From Rotaria sp. (lineage: Eukaryota), in the NCBI GenBank assembly GCA_905250055.1, contig CAJNOF010000042.1, positions 403,805-467,804 on the forward strand: 64,000 nucleotides of DNA, read 5' to 3'. Both the position numbers and the translations under genes were made by a program. Positions 62,015-64,000 of this stretch are shown here, in pieces. Each line of letters opens with the position of its first letter. Position 1 is the stretch's first letter. Under the pieces are notes generated by a model that saw only the letters and a list, made by a program, of their open reading frames with translations, did not search any database and had not been told where the DNA came from.

Positions 62015-63855
62015 ATGCATTGTCCCTACAAAGAATCAATAACTAATGGCCTCAACAACAGCAACAGCAATAATGTCAAAATTAATAAACAGACAATAAC
62101 AACAAATCTTGTTAACAATGGTAGTCATCAACCAGCAATACAAAAAGAACCATTGAATTACACAACCTATTTGCGCACTGATTTACTGTTTACTGCACTC
62201 AAGTGTCGTAGTCATATTGATCCATTAGACGACAACAGCCCACATGTACATGACGAGCACTTTTTTATTTTAATTCATCAGGGTTAGTGATAGTAAATTT
62301 TCAATGTCAATCAGTATGTGTCTGTGTTTTTTTGTAGTGTTCGAATTATGGTTCAAACAAATTTTATTCGAGATTGATTCAATACGAGACATTTTTCGTA
62401 ACATTACTTGCTCAGAAGATATAATGTATTCGATGTTTAACATTAACACTAGTCTTAATCGTTGTGTTAAAATCTGGAATATTTTACTCGATCAATTTCA
62501 ATTGCTTGAAACAATGACACCAATCGAATTTCTCGAATTTCGTGATTATATTATACCAGCTAGTGGTTTTCAAAGCTTACAATTTCGCTTAATAGAATTT
62601 AAACTCGGCTTAAACGATAAATTAAGACATCATTATCACGAAAACTATTTCACTCATGTAATGTTTAAAAATCAACAGGCTGAAGAATTGAAAAATGCAG
62701 CTAGCGAACAATCGTTACTTGCTTTGCTTGAAGTAAGTTATCTGAATAAGTCTATCTTTATTCTGATAGTAATATCACCAATATTTGTATTTATATAGAG
62801 ATGGCTTGAACAAGTTTATGACAGCACATCATTTGATTTTCTGGAAGTATATCAAACGTCTGTAGAACGCTTTATCGAACATACAAAAGAACAGAGATTG
62901 GCGGTTAGTGAAAATTTACAGTTTTGAACTGATGTCTTAGAATATTTTTGAATTTTCTTCATTTTTGTTGTGTTTTATTCTGGATAGAATGGCATATCAT
63001 TTGATAGTGTCAATATCGAAGCAGAAAATTTGAGACGGCAGTTTTCAAACATGCTTAATCAAACTCAGTATGCACAATTGAAATTAATGAATGAACGTCG
63101 GATGAGTCATAAAGCAATGTTGGCTGCACTCATGATATCAGTCTATCATCAACAACCTTGTTTTCAACAAGCCTATCAAATGCTGTATTTACTCATGGAT
63201 ATTGATGCTCTCATTGCCAATTGGCGTCGTATGTCGAAAAAAACAACATTATATTTCTCCAAGGGTTTTTTGTTTTCTCGTTCTATTAACAGAAAAACAT
63301 ATTCAACTTGTTCAACGTCACATTGGTAGAAAACCAGGCACGGGAGGTACGGATGGCTTTTCTTATTTGGTAGAAACACTCGGGTATGTATTTCGTATGT
63401 TGACATAAAATATTTTCTAATCAGAACTCATGATAAAGATTTGTTTTCAGCATTTGAAAAAAAAAACAACTGAAGTGATGTCGATTTAGGTTTAGATGAG
63501 TTTCTGAGAGATAGTATTCGAATTGCTTTTTTCATTTAACTCTAGTGAACGATATCAAGTCTTCGTCGACTTGTTTAACGTAGCATCTTATCTAATTCCA
63601 CAAAGATTCTTGCCACCATTAAGCGATAGTTCAAATGCATCTACTGAACCAGCAAAAATTCAATCGCCATCCATGCTGATCATTCATCCTTATCGACAAG
63701 TGCCTATCGTTGTTTCACGATCAGCTTCACCACAATTCGAAATCAATTCATCAAATCACACTCTATTCATACTTACTTATGGAATAGTTTTGTTGATTCC
63801 ATTCTTAACGGTATGGATGTTGACGAATCTTATACACAGACTTTTCTTGTCGTAA
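62015..63855 (+). CDS. TDO2: Tryptophan 2,3-dioxygenase, 6 exons
   Basis: Exons 62015-62282, 62338-62732, 62799-62903, 62988-63228, 63293-63383, 63546-63855 (GT..AG introns 55-162 nt, phases consistent). The product matches TDO along its length: MHCPY...YTTYLRTDLLFTALKCRSH...HDEHFFILIHQ|VFELWFKQILFEIDSIRDIF...LLETMTPIEFLEFRDYIIPASGFQSLQFRLIEFKLGL...|RWLEQ...|...LLMDIDALIANWR|QKHIQLVQRHIGRKPGTGGTDGFSYLVETL|GERYQVFVDLFNVASYLIPQRF... This includes the heme-pocket H (HDEH), SGFQS and GTGGS motifs. Confidence 0.85.
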
Positions 63856-64000
63856 ATAACAATATCATGTCTTTTTTTTTCTTGTTTTTTTTTAAATTAC
63901 TCTAGCGACAATTTAAAATTGAACAAGACACTTCAATGAATCTTAATTTCGACACTCAGTTTATTCATAGTAATACTGTGCAAATAGTTTCCGCTCTATT

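Noticed and set aside
1-64000. CRISPR arrays, rRNA genes, prokaryotic operon structure
   Set aside because: No direct-repeat/spacer periodicity, no rRNA-like conserved blocks. All genes have spliceosomal introns, so the window is eukaryotic nuclear DNA.

Overview
AT-rich (~30-35% GC), gene-dense window with clearly metazoan gene content: about 14 protein-coding genes, spliced with many short GT-AG introns (mostly 45-110 nt, a few of 0.3-1.8 kb). Genes recognised from the six-frame track plus manual exon tracing: an RDH-like SDR (-), an EF-hand exon (-), a glutathione S-transferase (-), HGSNAT (+), an APLF-like FHA/KBM/2xPBZ NHEJ factor (+), a C1-C1 diacylglycerol kinase (+), a TRK/HKT-type K+ transporter (-), a small cupin (+), an MDR-family oxidoreductase (+), a class-A GPCR (+), a gene with an Hsp70 substrate-binding-domain-like region but no ATPase domain (-), a PARP4 (vault-PARP)-like BRCT-PARP-VIT-vWA gene (-) and tryptophan 2,3-dioxygenase (+). 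No rRNA, tRNA or CRISPR was found. Non-coding structure: two near-perfect ~400-480 bp foldback (long inverted-repeat) elements, a MITE-like element with 30-bp TIRs, two tandem-repeat arrays, a recurring GT-rich/CA-rich hairpin motif in at least 5 intergenic sites, and a dispersed ~100-bp repeat. Most interesting are (i) a GC-elevated, intron-poor cupin + MDR oxidoreductase pair that looks horizontally acquired, (ii) a fungal/plant/bacterial-type TRK/HKT transporter with spliceosomal introns inside an animal-like locus, (iii) a complete vault-PARP architecture, and (iv) an NBD-less Hsp70-SBD-like gene. All exon coordinates were traced by eye and are approximate (+/- a few nt). Organism identity cannot be established; composition and intron sizes fit an AT-rich invertebrate (e.g. 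rotifer or flatworm).
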